Source: Candidatus Nomurabacteria bacterium RIFCSPLOWO2_12_FULL_44_11
GTDB lineage: Bacteria > Patescibacteriota > Minisyncoccia > Phycocordibacterales > UBA9973
DNA: 44,334 nucleotides
Direction: 5' to 3'
Assembly: GCA_001787125.1 (NCBI GenBank)
Contig: MFVU01000002.1
Coordinates: 1-44,334 of the forward strand
The notes under the pieces were generated by a model, which saw only the letters and a program-made list of their open reading frames with translations, was not told where the DNA came from and did no database searches. This document shows, piece by piece, positions 34,893 through 42,561 of this stretch. The position numbers were made by a program, and so were the translations under genes. Every line of letters begins with the position of its first letter. Within the stretch, counting starts at the first letter, position 1.

Positions 34893-36591
34893 TTTGGTAG
34901 CATTTTTCACAGTAAATAATAGGTGCGTATTCTTCGGTGTAAACGGTTTCCACTTCGATGCCACATTTTTTACAATATCTTTTCTTAAGAGCAAGTTTGG
35001 GACGCTTATCCATGCGCCGAAAATGACGAATATTGAAGCAAGCTCTTGGGAGGGGCAAATCCATTTTCCTATAAAAATTAAGTTCATTTTGTGCAATTCG
35101 AAATGCACCAACAGAATCTGGGTTATCTTTCTCCGCGCATTCGATAACCTCGTTTAAGATAGTGTCATCGACTTCCGTAATAGTTTCCGGTAAATCTTCG
35201 GGTTTAAGAGTTATCTCATAATTTTTTCTTTCGTTATTTCTCCACTCATAGCCGCGGGATAGGGCTTCCTCGCGAGATAATGGAAAGTGGTAATTGGCAA
35301 TTGTCTCATTATAGGCAAAGTCGGAAAACATTTCTGGAAAAAATTCACCAAAGTAATATTTGATCCCCCGCTTGTCTACAAATGGCACCTCTTTCATCTG
35401 TTTGATAATTTTTTCTTTCAAAACTAAATACTCTTCCTTAGAATACTTTTTATTTAGTATGGAATACTCTCCCTTCTTTAATCCGACACACCCGAAACAA
35501 TTTCGGGCACCCGGACACGTATTGCAATAATACAAATCCGTAGCTCCCATCCAGCATTGATTACAGAAATATAATCTTGCAATATTTAGTCCGGAATTTA
35601 CGGCTTCGTATATACTTTCCGCTTTGTTTCCCCACTCGTAGTAATCCATACAATCCTCGGCGCCAAAAACCATGAACAAATACTTGCCATCTTTTATATT
35701 CACACAGTCAAAAGATTTGGTTACATTTTTGCAATTAGAAAACCAGTTGCCGGACACCTTTTCCGACTTAATAGAGGCGATAGCTTTAACCGGAAATTGC
35801 TTTCGCAATTTATCAAATTCTTTTTTTGCATTAGTAATTCCTAAATAAGCATTCAGCTTGAATTCTTTTAATTTTTTAAAATATTCTTCTTTGGAATATT
35901 TTTGATTCCTGATGCAATATTCGCCGTTAACCAAATTTACACAAAAAGTACAGTTTGAACAATTTCTGCAAGAGTATAAAAAAAATGAATCCCGACAATC
36001 TTTGCTTTCTTGACTAAATTTTAGATTGTAACATTTTTCTACATTCACACATTCATAACAGAGTTCCGAATCAAAGATCCAAGATGAATCAACGCAATCT
36101 TTAGTAAACTTGCCGTTATAGATGTATAAACAATCCTCGGGATAGGAAGCGCGAAAGGTCATGTAGGAATTTTTTGGATAAGAAACTCTGTGCGCGTAGG
36201 GACTATTGACAGTTGTTCCCTGCTGAACCAGAGACATTCTAGGCACCTTACCTTGGAGTTCAAACATTTGTTCCAGAAATGGTCGACTCTCGTCGAAATC
36301 CATCCCGTAATCATAGGGGTTCCACCGGTCAGAATACCAAACCTCTGTCTCATACACTGGAAACGGAGCGTCGGATGGATACATACTAAAGATATCCTTT
36401 CCGGTTAGGTCACACCTACGTTTATAGAGGACAACTTCATTTGTTTGCGCAAAACGGCGCATTCTCCGACATTCAGGACACCAAGTCGGCGGTGGGACTT
36501 TTATTTTTTCATAGAAGCCAAAATCATCCGGCTCTATATTAAATTTCTCCTTACAGTTCTGACATACTCGGTTTTCAGATTTGTGTCCCAT
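34879..36591 (-). CDS. Cys-rich, internally duplicated hypothetical protein with terminal zinc-ribbon-like modules
   Basis: 570 aa with about 31 Cys by my count. CxxC pairs sit at both termini. Two Cys-rich repeat blocks each end in GEY(C/S)I.N.KYSKEEY. Confidence 0.7.
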   Translation of the reverse strand: MGHKSENRVCQNCKEKFNIEPDDFGFYEKIKVPPPTWCPECRRMRRFAQTNEVVLYKRRCDLTGKDIFSMYPSDAPFPVYETEVWYSDRWNPYDYGMDFDESRPFLEQMFELQGKVPRMSLVQQGTTVNSPYAHRVSYPKNSYMTFRASYPEDCLYIYNGKFTKDCVDSSWIFDSELCYECVNVEKCYNLKFSQESKDCRDSFFLYSCRNCSNCTFCVNLVNGEYCIRNQKYSKEEYFKKLKEFKLNAYLGITNAKKEFDKLRKQFPVKAIASIKSEKVSGNWFSNCKNVTKSFDCVNIKDGKYLFMVFGAEDCMDYYEWGNKAESIYEAVNSGLNIARLYFCNQCWMGATDLYYCNTCPGARNCFGCVGLKKGEYSILNKKYSKEEYLVLKEKIIKQMKEVPFVDKRGIKYYFGEFFPEMFSDFAYNETIANYHFPLSREEALSRGYEWRNNERKNYEITLKPEDLPETITEVDDTILNEVIECAEKDNPDSVGAFRIAQNELNFYRKMDLPLPRACFNIRHFRRMDKRPKLALKKRYCKKCGIEVETVYTEEYAPIIYCEKCYQNEVY

Positions 36592-36634
36592 TTTTTTTCT
36601 AGACCCCAGTACCTAGTCCCTAGAACCTTACCCC

Positions 36635-37756
36635 TTAGATTAATCTAACGATGTCGTGATAAGTAACCAAAACCAGCAGGAGAATTAAACAGACAAAGCC
36701 GATAGTGTTAGCCGTGTTGGCAATTTTTGGATTCATGGCGCTACCTTTGATTTTCTCAATTAAAAGAAAGAACAGCCGCCCGCCGTCGAGCGCCGGAAAA
36801 GGAATCAGATTAATTATGCCCAAATTAATTGAAATAAGCGCGGCAAATGAAAACACATAGGCAAAACCAAATTCATAGGCATCCCCGACAATGCTCACTA
36901 TGCCCACAGGCCCGGTCACGCCCGCTAAGCTCCCTTGCCCTTTCAGGCCTTCCACAATAAGCGTATAAAGGCCTATAGCCGTATCTCGGGTAACTGCCAG
37001 GGTTAGCCTCATTCCCTCCCAAAATGCCCTAAAAACAGGCAATTTTGCGGTCCCTATTTGATCCATGGAAATTCCTATCGCCGGCCTGCCATCGACTACG
37101 CTCTCTTTCGGAACCATTGTTACAAATTGGATATCTTGTTTTTTGCCTCGAGTGAAACCGATTTCAATTTCATCACTTGGATGGGCACCAATGAAGGCCT
37201 TTAGTTTTTCCGGATTGATATCTTCAAGATAATCACCGCTTTCTCCAATATCGACCGACAAACTCGAGACGGAAACTATCACATCGCCCGGTTTGAGACC
37301 GGCTTCTCCTGCGGGAGAGCTAGGAGAAACTGCCATGATCACTAAATTAACATCTTGCAGTTCGTAACCTGGCAGTTCGTTACCGAGGGAGGTGGGAAGC
37401 CCGGACATTAAGCCGAAAGAAAATAAAAACCAAGCTAAAATAAAATTCATAAACACTCCAGCGAACAAAACAATGGCCTGTTTCCATCTCGGCTTGCTCA
37501 CGAAAGAAAGTTCGTGATCCGGCCCGTTTAAGTTCTCGTCATCAGGGTTTTCGCCGAAAATTTTAACGAACCCGCCAACTGGAAAAAGATTGAAACTGTA
37601 TTCAGTTGCTCCTTTTCGAAAACTGAAGAGCCGAGGCGGAAACCCAAAACCAAATTCATCTACTCGGATACCAAACCGTCTCGCAGAAAAAAAATGTCCC
37701 CATTCGTGGACCAGGACCAGCACTAGCAGTATAACCAGAAATATAATGATGCTCAA
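36635..37756 (-). CDS. rseP: RIP (site-2) zinc metalloprotease RseP, M50 family
   Basis: HEWGHF (HExxH), a central PDZ-like segment, and NLIPFPALDGG. Apparent TTG start at 37756. Confidence 0.88.
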   Translation of the reverse strand: MSIIIFLVILLVLVLVHEWGHFFSARRFGIRVDEFGFGFPPRLFSFRKGATEYSFNLFPVGGFVKIFGENPDDENLNGPDHELSFVSKPRWKQAIVLFAGVFMNFILAWFLFSFGLMSGLPTSLGNELPGYELQDVNLVIMAVSPSSPAGEAGLKPGDVIVSVSSLSVDIGESGDYLEDINPEKLKAFIGAHPSDEIEIGFTRGKKQDIQFVTMVPKESVVDGRPAIGISMDQIGTAKLPVFRAFWEGMRLTLAVTRDTAIGLYTLIVEGLKGQGSLAGVTGPVGIVSIVGDAYEFGFAYVFSFAALISINLGIINLIPFPALDGGRLFFLLIEKIKGSAMNPKIANTANTIGFVCLILLLVLVTYHDIVRLI

Positions 37757-37791
37757 TTTTTAATTCTTAATTACTAATTATTAACTTAATC

Positions 37792-38343
37792 CTATCCCAT
37801 TACCTCCTTTTCTTTTTTAGTAAAGGTTGTCTCCAGTTGCTTATTGGCCTCGTCAATGATCTTTTGCAGTTCATCTTTGCCACGAAATTTTTCGTCCTCG
37901 GTCATTTTGCCAACTTTTTGCTGTGCTTGAATATCTTCCCAGGCACGCTCGCGCTCATGGCGTACCGCAATGCGTGCATCTTCTAACTTTTGTTTTAAAG
38001 TTTTAACTAATTTTTCGCGCGTTTCGGTAGTAAGCTGGGGAAAGATAACTCGGATACCAGCGTCATCCATAGCCACCGAGAGACCTAAATTAGCCGCCAC
38101 AATCGCCCGCTCAATATCTTTTACCTGATTTTTATCCCAAGGAGCAATACGCAGGGTCTTCGGATCCTCAATGGAAATTGATGCAACATTCTTTAATGGT
38201 ACTCGTACACCATAGGACTCCACCACAACGCTGTCTAGAACCGAAGGCGACGCCCGGCCCACATTTAGCTCGCGGTATTCCTTACCCAAGAATTCTTCAA
38301 TTTTTTTAAGTTCCGTCCTTAAAACTGAAAAATTATACTGCAT
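37792..38343 (-). CDS. frr: ribosome recycling factor
   Basis: 183 aa with LNVGRASPSVLDSVVVESYG and IAPWDKN. Confidence 0.95.
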   Translation of the reverse strand: MQYNFSVLRTELKKIEEFLGKEYRELNVGRASPSVLDSVVVESYGVRVPLKNVASISIEDPKTLRIAPWDKNQVKDIERAIVAANLGLSVAMDDAGIRVIFPQLTTETREKLVKTLKQKLEDARIAVRHERERAWEDIQAQQKVGKMTEDEKFRGKDELQKIIDEANKQLETTFTKKEKEVMG

Positions 38344-38349
38344 GTTTTA

Positions 38350-38358
38350 ATTATAGCA
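38350..38358 (-). promoter_or_regulatory. extended -10 (TGcTATAAT) for frr, 6 nt from the ATG, embedded in the holB stop codon
   Basis: Minus strand reads TGTGCTATAATTAAAAC-ATG. CTA TAA are the last sense codon and stop of holB. Confidence 0.5.
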
Positions 38359-39037
38359 CAGTGATAACTAGAGCCACTGATTCCATCAAGCTCTTTGTGG
38401 AACTCCCGGGCATACGGAGAAATTCCCGAACTTTAAAAATTTGCTTGAAAGTATGGAGGGTAGCCCTTGATATTTCTTCTTTATGCAAAACATATTCAAC
38501 TTCATTCAGGAATTTTAAAGCTCTGGATCTTGTTGAATCAAGTATAGGATTTTCTTCCTCATCGTCAACTAATAATTCTTTAATGAAATCAATCCTCTTA
38601 CTTAAGGACATTCGGACAAACTCTTCGGCCTGCGTGAGTTCGACTCCCTCTTTGGTTTTAATGATATAAAATCTGGAAGCGAAGATTTTAAGGAGAGCGC
38701 TAGCGTTCGGCACAATCAGGAAAAAATGGGTGTTCTCTATCGGCTCTTCAAACATCTTGAGCAGTGTGTTCTGTGCCTCCAAAAGAAAATTATTAGCAGA
38801 AATTAAAAATATTTTCCTGCTCGTTGTATTCGCCTTCTCCTGACTGAAAGCTTTTAAATTCCTAGCATCTTCAATCTTAAATGAGTCCAGTGTAATTTGC
38901 ACGAAGTCCGGATTGCCTAAAGTTTTTACTCCCAACTCTCCTACTACTTCCAATATTTCTGGCACCACCTCTTCCCGTGCGCCCTCTATCAGATACGCGT
39001 GATGCAGATTATTTTTATCGAAATATTTTGAAATCAT
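38351..39037 (-). CDS. holB: DNA polymerase III delta' subunit-like protein
   Basis: HHAYLIEG and NFLLEAQNTLLKMFEEPIENTHFFLIV ... SRF match the clamp-loader delta' pattern. No Walker A motif. Confidence 0.65.
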   Translation of the reverse strand: MISKYFDKNNLHHAYLIEGAREEVVPEILEVVGELGVKTLGNPDFVQITLDSFKIEDARNLKAFSQEKANTTSRKIFLISANNFLLEAQNTLLKMFEEPIENTHFFLIVPNASALLKIFASRFYIIKTKEGVELTQAEEFVRMSLSKRIDFIKELLVDDEEENPILDSTRSRALKFLNEVEYVLHKEEISRATLHTFKQIFKVREFLRMPGSSTKSLMESVALVITVL

Positions 39038-40047
39038 TTCTTGCTAAGGACAGTTTTTTTATAAACATCCAAATGTTCGAGAGCGATACCCGTGCCCTTC
39101 GCTACGCAAAAAAGAGGATCGTCCGCCAAAACTGCTTTGACGCCGGTTTTGCGGTAAACTAAGTCAGGAAAATTTCGTAAAAGTGATGAACCCCCAGTCA
39201 TGATAATTCCATAATCCATAATATCGGAAGCCAATTCCGGCGGCGTTTCTTGCAGAACGTCTTTAACGGCCTTGATAATATGCCGCAATTCGCTATCGAT
39301 GGCTTTGACTATTTCATTGGTTCCAACTTGCGCTGAACGCGGTAATCCTTGGATAAAATCTCTGCCTTTGATAGTAACCCGGAGTTCTTCTTCCAGAGGC
39401 ACGGCGGCGCCAATTTTAATTTTTACTTCCTCTGCAGTACGGTCACCGATCGCTAAATTGAAGGTTTTTTTAATGTAGTCCGCTATCGCCTGATCAATTT
39501 TATTTCCAGCGAATTTAACGGAAGTGGAGGCGACAATGCCACCGAGAGATATCACCGCCACGTCGGTTGTACCTCCGCCGATATCCACTACCATGTAGCC
39601 CCTCGATTCATAAATGGGAATACCCGCGCCTATCGCGGCCAAAATCGGTTCCTTCACTACATATGCATTTTTAGCTCCCGCTCGTATCGCTGCCTCCACC
39701 ACTGCTCGGCGTTCCGTAGAAGTAACTCCTGCAGGAACGGAGACCATGACATCGGGCTTGAATAAATTAAATTTTCCCATAGCCTTGCCAATGAAATAGC
39801 GCAACATCGCTTCGGTAACACGATAGTCGGCAATAACTCCGTCCTTCATTGGGCAGTAGGTGATGATGCTCTCCGGGGTCTTGCCGATCATGTCCTTTGC
39901 TTCAAAACCGATTGCTAAAATCTTGTTGTCCTGCTCTGATACAGCTACCACCGAGGGCTCGTTTAGAACTATCCCTTTACCTGGCAAAAAAACCAGAGTA
40001 TTGGCTGTCCCCAGGTCTATGCCTAATTTCCTAGAAAAAATGCTCAT
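39034..40047 (-). CDS. mreB: rod-shape-determining protein MreB
   Basis: LGIDLGTANTLVF and VDIGGGTTDVAVISLGG (actin-fold phosphate motifs). Confidence 0.95.
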   Translation of the reverse strand: MSIFSRKLGIDLGTANTLVFLPGKGIVLNEPSVVAVSEQDNKILAIGFEAKDMIGKTPESIITYCPMKDGVIADYRVTEAMLRYFIGKAMGKFNLFKPDVMVSVPAGVTSTERRAVVEAAIRAGAKNAYVVKEPILAAIGAGIPIYESRGYMVVDIGGGTTDVAVISLGGIVASTSVKFAGNKIDQAIADYIKKTFNLAIGDRTAEEVKIKIGAAVPLEEELRVTIKGRDFIQGLPRSAQVGTNEIVKAIDSELRHIIKAVKDVLQETPPELASDIMDYGIIMTGGSSLLRNFPDLVYRKTGVKAVLADDPLFCVAKGTGIALEHLDVYKKTVLSKK

Positions 40048-40053
40048 TAAGGT

Positions 40054-40062
40054 AATATATCA
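40054..40062 (-). promoter_or_regulatory. extended -10 (TGaTATATT) for mreB, 6 nt from the ATG
   Basis: Minus strand reads gTGaTATATTacctta-ATG. Confidence 0.45.
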
Positions 40063-40068
40063 CATTTA

Positions 40069-40077
40069 TGTTAGAAT
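40069..40077 (+). promoter_or_regulatory. extended -10 (TGtTAGAAT) for the 104-aa ORF, 6 nt from the ATG
   Basis: TGtTAGAATcaaagg-ATG (ATG at 40084). Confidence 0.45.
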
Positions 40078-40083
40078 CAAAGG

Positions 40084-40398
40084 ATGAAAGATGGCCTCGA
40101 AAATCCGTTTAAGGGGTATCTGGAAAATCTCAGAAAACATAAACCGGCAGTTAATCCGGTGCACGAAATCGTGAATGTGTATTATGAAATCCGCGGCTGG
40201 GACAACAAACCAAAACGTTTTTATAAAAAGAAAGAAAGAAGTTACCCCAAGCTCGCCTCGGAAGCGAAAAAGCTCTATCAGGCGTGTGGAGAAAATCTAG
40301 ACGACGCCATCTGGGCCTTGGATAAAATAAAATATTTGGCTGAAAAGGGCGACTTTGAATGGTCCATCATAACCTGCCTGAAACATAATTTGCTATAA
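40084..40398 (+). CDS. hypothetical protein (104 aa, basic, soluble)
   Basis: Clean ORF with a properly spaced promoter. I recognise no family. Confidence 0.55.
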   Translation: MKDGLENPFKGYLENLRKHKPAVNPVHEIVNVYYEIRGWDNKPKRFYKKKERSYPKLASEAKKLYQACGENLDDAIWALDKIKYLAEKGDFEWSIITCLKHNLL

Positions 40399-40399
40399 T
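40391..40399 (+). promoter_or_regulatory. extended -10 (TGcTATAAT) for the VKOR-like gene, 6 nt from the ATG, embedded in the upstream stop codon
   Basis: ttTGCTATAATctttat-ATG. CTA TAA are the last codon and stop of the 104-aa ORF. Confidence 0.45.
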
Positions 40400-40405
40400 C
40401 TTTAT

Positions 40406-40816
40406 ATGACTGCCCTTGCTTTACTTTTTACCCTTGCCGCTATTGGTATCAGCGAAACGATGTATCTGATACGAAAGCGGACCGCGGCTGAGGAGCCACT
40501 CTGCTTCATCGGAGAGGACTGCACTGTCGTCCTCTCCAGTAAATACAGAAAAATTTTTTTAGTTCCCAATGACGTACTGGGCCTCCTCGCCTACGTTGTT
40601 ATCGCCATCCTCGCCGCCCTTTTGGTAATTGGCGTCGGCCCGCTTAATTTTTTGAAAAATGCCCTGACCATCATGATCACGGTAGCGTCCGTCGTTTCCT
40701 TATTTTTCACTTATTTGCAATGGCGTGTCCTTCGCGCTTGGTGTTTTTGGTGCTTAATGTCAGCGAGCACTATTTGGTTCATGGCACTTATTTTATTATT
40801 AAGTAAGTTAGTTTAA
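40406..40816 (+). CDS. vitamin K epoxide reductase (VKOR)-family membrane protein
   Basis: 136 aa and 4 TM helices. Loop Cys pair in CFIGEDC, then SSKY, and an in-membrane CxxC (AWCFWC) in the last helix. Confidence 0.65.
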   Translation: MTALALLFTLAAIGISETMYLIRKRTAAEEPLCFIGEDCTVVLSSKYRKIFLVPNDVLGLLAYVVIAILAALLVIGVGPLNFLKNALTIMITVASVVSLFFTYLQWRVLRAWCFWCLMSASTIWFMALILLLSKLV

Positions 40817-40820
40817 TTTT

Positions 40821-41183
40821 ATGAGTAAAACTTCGTTTCATATTTTAAGGGTTGGGCTGGCGGTAACTTTTTTATGGATCGGTATTTTAATCATCAAAGC
40901 GCCGGAGGCCTGGGGAGGATTTATTAACCCCTGGGTTCTTAAATTACTACCCCTATCGATCAAAGAAATGATGCTGGGAACCGCCGCACTAGATATCGTG
41001 ATTGGCACTCTCTTCTTGTTTGATAAATATGTTTGGCTGGGCGCTTTGGTGGCAGCTCTTCATTTGCTCACTGTCTTGGGAGTCAGTGGCATTAATGATG
41101 TAACCGTGAGGGACATAGCTATCCTTTCCGGAACCCTCGCCTTATTTTTTGACAGCCGGCCCGAGTGGCTTAGGAAACAATAA
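40821..41183 (+). CDS. small 4-TM membrane protein, DoxX-like (tentative)
   Basis: 120 aa, hydrophobic, starting 4 nt after the VKOR stop. Family assignment is weak. Confidence 0.4.
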   Translation: MSKTSFHILRVGLAVTFLWIGILIIKAPEAWGGFINPWVLKLLPLSIKEMMLGTAALDIVIGTLFLFDKYVWLGALVAALHLLTVLGVSGINDVTVRDIAILSGTLALFFDSRPEWLRKQ

Positions 41184-41844
41184 CGGTGAATTCCCCGCGT
41201 TGCTTCTCGGGATTTTTATTCAGATATTCTAAAAGTTCAGCCGCTGTGCCGGTTTTGAATTCTTCGTAAATCTTTGTGAGCTCGCGAGCAAGACATACTT
41301 TTTTAATCGGCGCAAACTTTACAAGCGATTCCAAAGTTTTTAAAATTCGATGCGGGGACTCGTAGAAGACGACAGTTCGTTTGCTTTCTTGCATTTCTTT
41401 AAATAATGTCTCTCTGCCCTTTTTGTGCGGGAGAAATCCCAAGAATATAAATTCATGAGCTGGTAGCCCCGCGCCGGAGAGCGACGCCACTACCGCAGAC
41501 GCCCCTGGGATCGGAATAATTTCTACGTTGTCCATAAACCTCGCCTTGACCTTCTGGATAAGCATTATTCCGGGATCGGAAATGCCCGGCGTGCCAGCGT
41601 CGGAGACCAGCGCCAGATTCTTCCCTTCTTTAAGTAAATCAAAAATCTTTTCAATTTTCGAGAGTTTGCTGTGCGAGTGATAACTTAGAGTGGGTTTACT
41701 AATATTGTATTTATCTAAAATTTTCTTCGTCTCCCGCGTATCTTCGCAGAGAATCATATCCACACCCTTGAGCGTCTCAATGGCGCGGAACGTAACATCC
41801 CCCAGATTTCCTATTGGCGTGGCTACAACATAGAGTTTAGACAT
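41170..41844 (-). CDS. rsmI: 16S rRNA (cytidine1402-2'-O)-methyltransferase
   Basis: LYVVATPIGNLGDVT and ILCEDTRETKK. Start set at ATG 41844; the track start at 41889 lies upstream of the predicted -10. Confidence 0.9.
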   Translation of the reverse strand: MSKLYVVATPIGNLGDVTFRAIETLKGVDMILCEDTRETKKILDKYNISKPTLSYHSHSKLSKIEKIFDLLKEGKNLALVSDAGTPGISDPGIMLIQKVKARFMDNVEIIPIPGASAVVASLSGAGLPAHEFIFLGFLPHKKGRETLFKEMQESKRTVVFYESPHRILKTLESLVKFAPIKKVCLARELTKIYEEFKTGTAAELLEYLNKNPEKQRGEFTVIVS

Positions 41845-41864
41845 TTTTTCTTCGTTATTTAAAT

Positions 41865-41873
41865 AATATAGCA
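41865..41873 (-). promoter_or_regulatory. extended -10 (TGcTATATT) for rsmI
   Basis: Minus strand reads aTGCTATATT, then 20 nt, then ATG 41844. Confidence 0.4.
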
Positions 41874-41896
41874 TAAAAATTATAAACAATTAAGTT

Positions 41897-41928
41897 GGGG
41901 GTCAACGACGCGATGGCCGTTGACCCCC
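41897..41928 (-). terminator. 11-bp GC hairpin at the distal end of the GC-rich insert (possible terminator or element end)
   Basis: gggggtcaacg (41897-41907) pairs with cgttgaccccc (41918-41928) around a 10-nt loop. It lies 50 nt downstream of the island ORF stop. The minus-strand tail AACTTAATTGTTTAT is only weakly U-rich. Confidence 0.4.
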
Positions 41929-41978
41929 TTGTGCGCCAAGTTCGCTTCCCGCTTGGCACGGGATCGGCCACCTGCCGA

Positions 41979-42449
41979 TTAGGCCTGCCCGAGAGGCAGT
42001 TGCTTCTGAATCACGGGCGGCGCAATCTCGTCGGTTGGCTGCCCACCTGACGTCATGATCGTTGAATCGTCGTCCTTGGCCCGGGTTGCCCCTGACCAAT
42101 TGTTGATGGCGTCGAGGAGCTCCTCGACGCCGAGCACCTCGTGAACCCGCGCGAGCGGGTCCACGGGTTCACGCTTCAACCGCTGGCCGATGGTCGAGGT
42201 GACCATCAACCGAAACGGCGCTGCGAGCGCCTCCACGAGGACGTGTTCCACCCCCGCGGAGTGGAGTGCGCGGAGAACGTCGCCCGCCTCCTCCGTGCTG
42301 CCGTCCACGAAGACGGCAGCGAGCGCGAACTGGCCATCGAGCTCAAGTACGCTCACGGCGTGGCCGGGCCGTGCCGGAAACATAGCAACCGCCTCGTATG
42401 CGGCTGCCACCTGCTGTAGCTCGAGTGCTGCGTTTATACGGTATATCAT
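41979..42449 (-). CDS. hypothetical protein encoded in the GC-rich insert (156 aa)
   Basis: Start at ATG 42449 preceded by GAGGA (4-nt spacer). Strong G/C bias at third codon positions in this frame only. Begins MIYRINAALELQQVAAAYEAV. I recognise no family. Confidence 0.55.
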   Translation of the reverse strand: MIYRINAALELQQVAAAYEAVAMFPARPGHAVSVLELDGQFALAAVFVDGSTEEAGDVLRALHSAGVEHVLVEALAAPFRLMVTSTIGQRLKREPVDPLARVHEVLGVEELLDAINNWSGATRAKDDDSTIMTSGGQPTDEIAPPVIQKQLPLGQA

Positions 42450-42479
42450 TTGTTCCTCACAGGCCGGCTCTGCTACCGG

Positions 42480-42515
42480 CAAAACGAAACGGCTCGGGAC
42501 GCAGAACTCCCGAGC
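42480..42515 (-). terminator. intrinsic-terminator-like hairpin plus U-tract (atp operon terminator and/or leader attenuator)
   Basis: Minus strand reads GCUCGGGA-GUUCUGCG-UCCCGAGC followed by CGUUUCGUUUUG. It lies 72-107 nt downstream of the atpC stop and upstream of the island ORF. Confidence 0.5.
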
Positions 42516-42532
42516 GAACAAAACACTGTGCA

Positions 42533-42561
42533 TTTATAGCACATTTAGTATTGAAAGTCAA
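42533..42561 (-). promoter_or_regulatory. sigma70-type promoter TTGACT-17-(TGc)TATAAA pointing into the GC-rich insert
   Basis: -35 agtcaa at 42556-42561 and -10 tttata at 42533-42538 (plus-strand spelling), with a 17-nt spacer and an extended TGc. Located in the AT-rich spacer just after the atpC stop. Confidence 0.5.

Larger units (their letters stand above)
41895..42480. other. compositionally foreign GC-rich insert
   Basis: Hand counts of 60-nt lines inside give about 68-72% G+C. rsmI and atpC lines give about 33-42%, and the adjacent spacer about 23%. Boundaries are sharp at ~41895 and ~42480-42530. Confidence 0.85.

Noticed and set aside
34893-35111. 73-codon extension of the M24 peptidase ORF
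   Set aside because: It overlaps the C-terminal zinc-ribbon region of the Cys-rich gene. MRFTKLIHEIRAVKSKKEL (ATG 34892) matches the start of an M24 catalytic domain.
41845-41889. 15-codon extension of rsmI (MFIIFMLYYLNNEEK)
   Set aside because: It lies upstream of the predicted TGcTATATT -10. The conserved RsmI N-terminus starts at MSKLYVVATPIGN.
41895-42480. GC-rich insert as a large structured non-coding RNA (GC-rich islands in AT-rich genomes are often ncRNAs)
   Set aside because: The G+C level is far above that of the tRNAs here. One frame shows codon-position-specific G/C bias and has an SD plus ATG. I saw only local hairpins and no extended long-range pairing. It is not fully excluded without covariance analysis.
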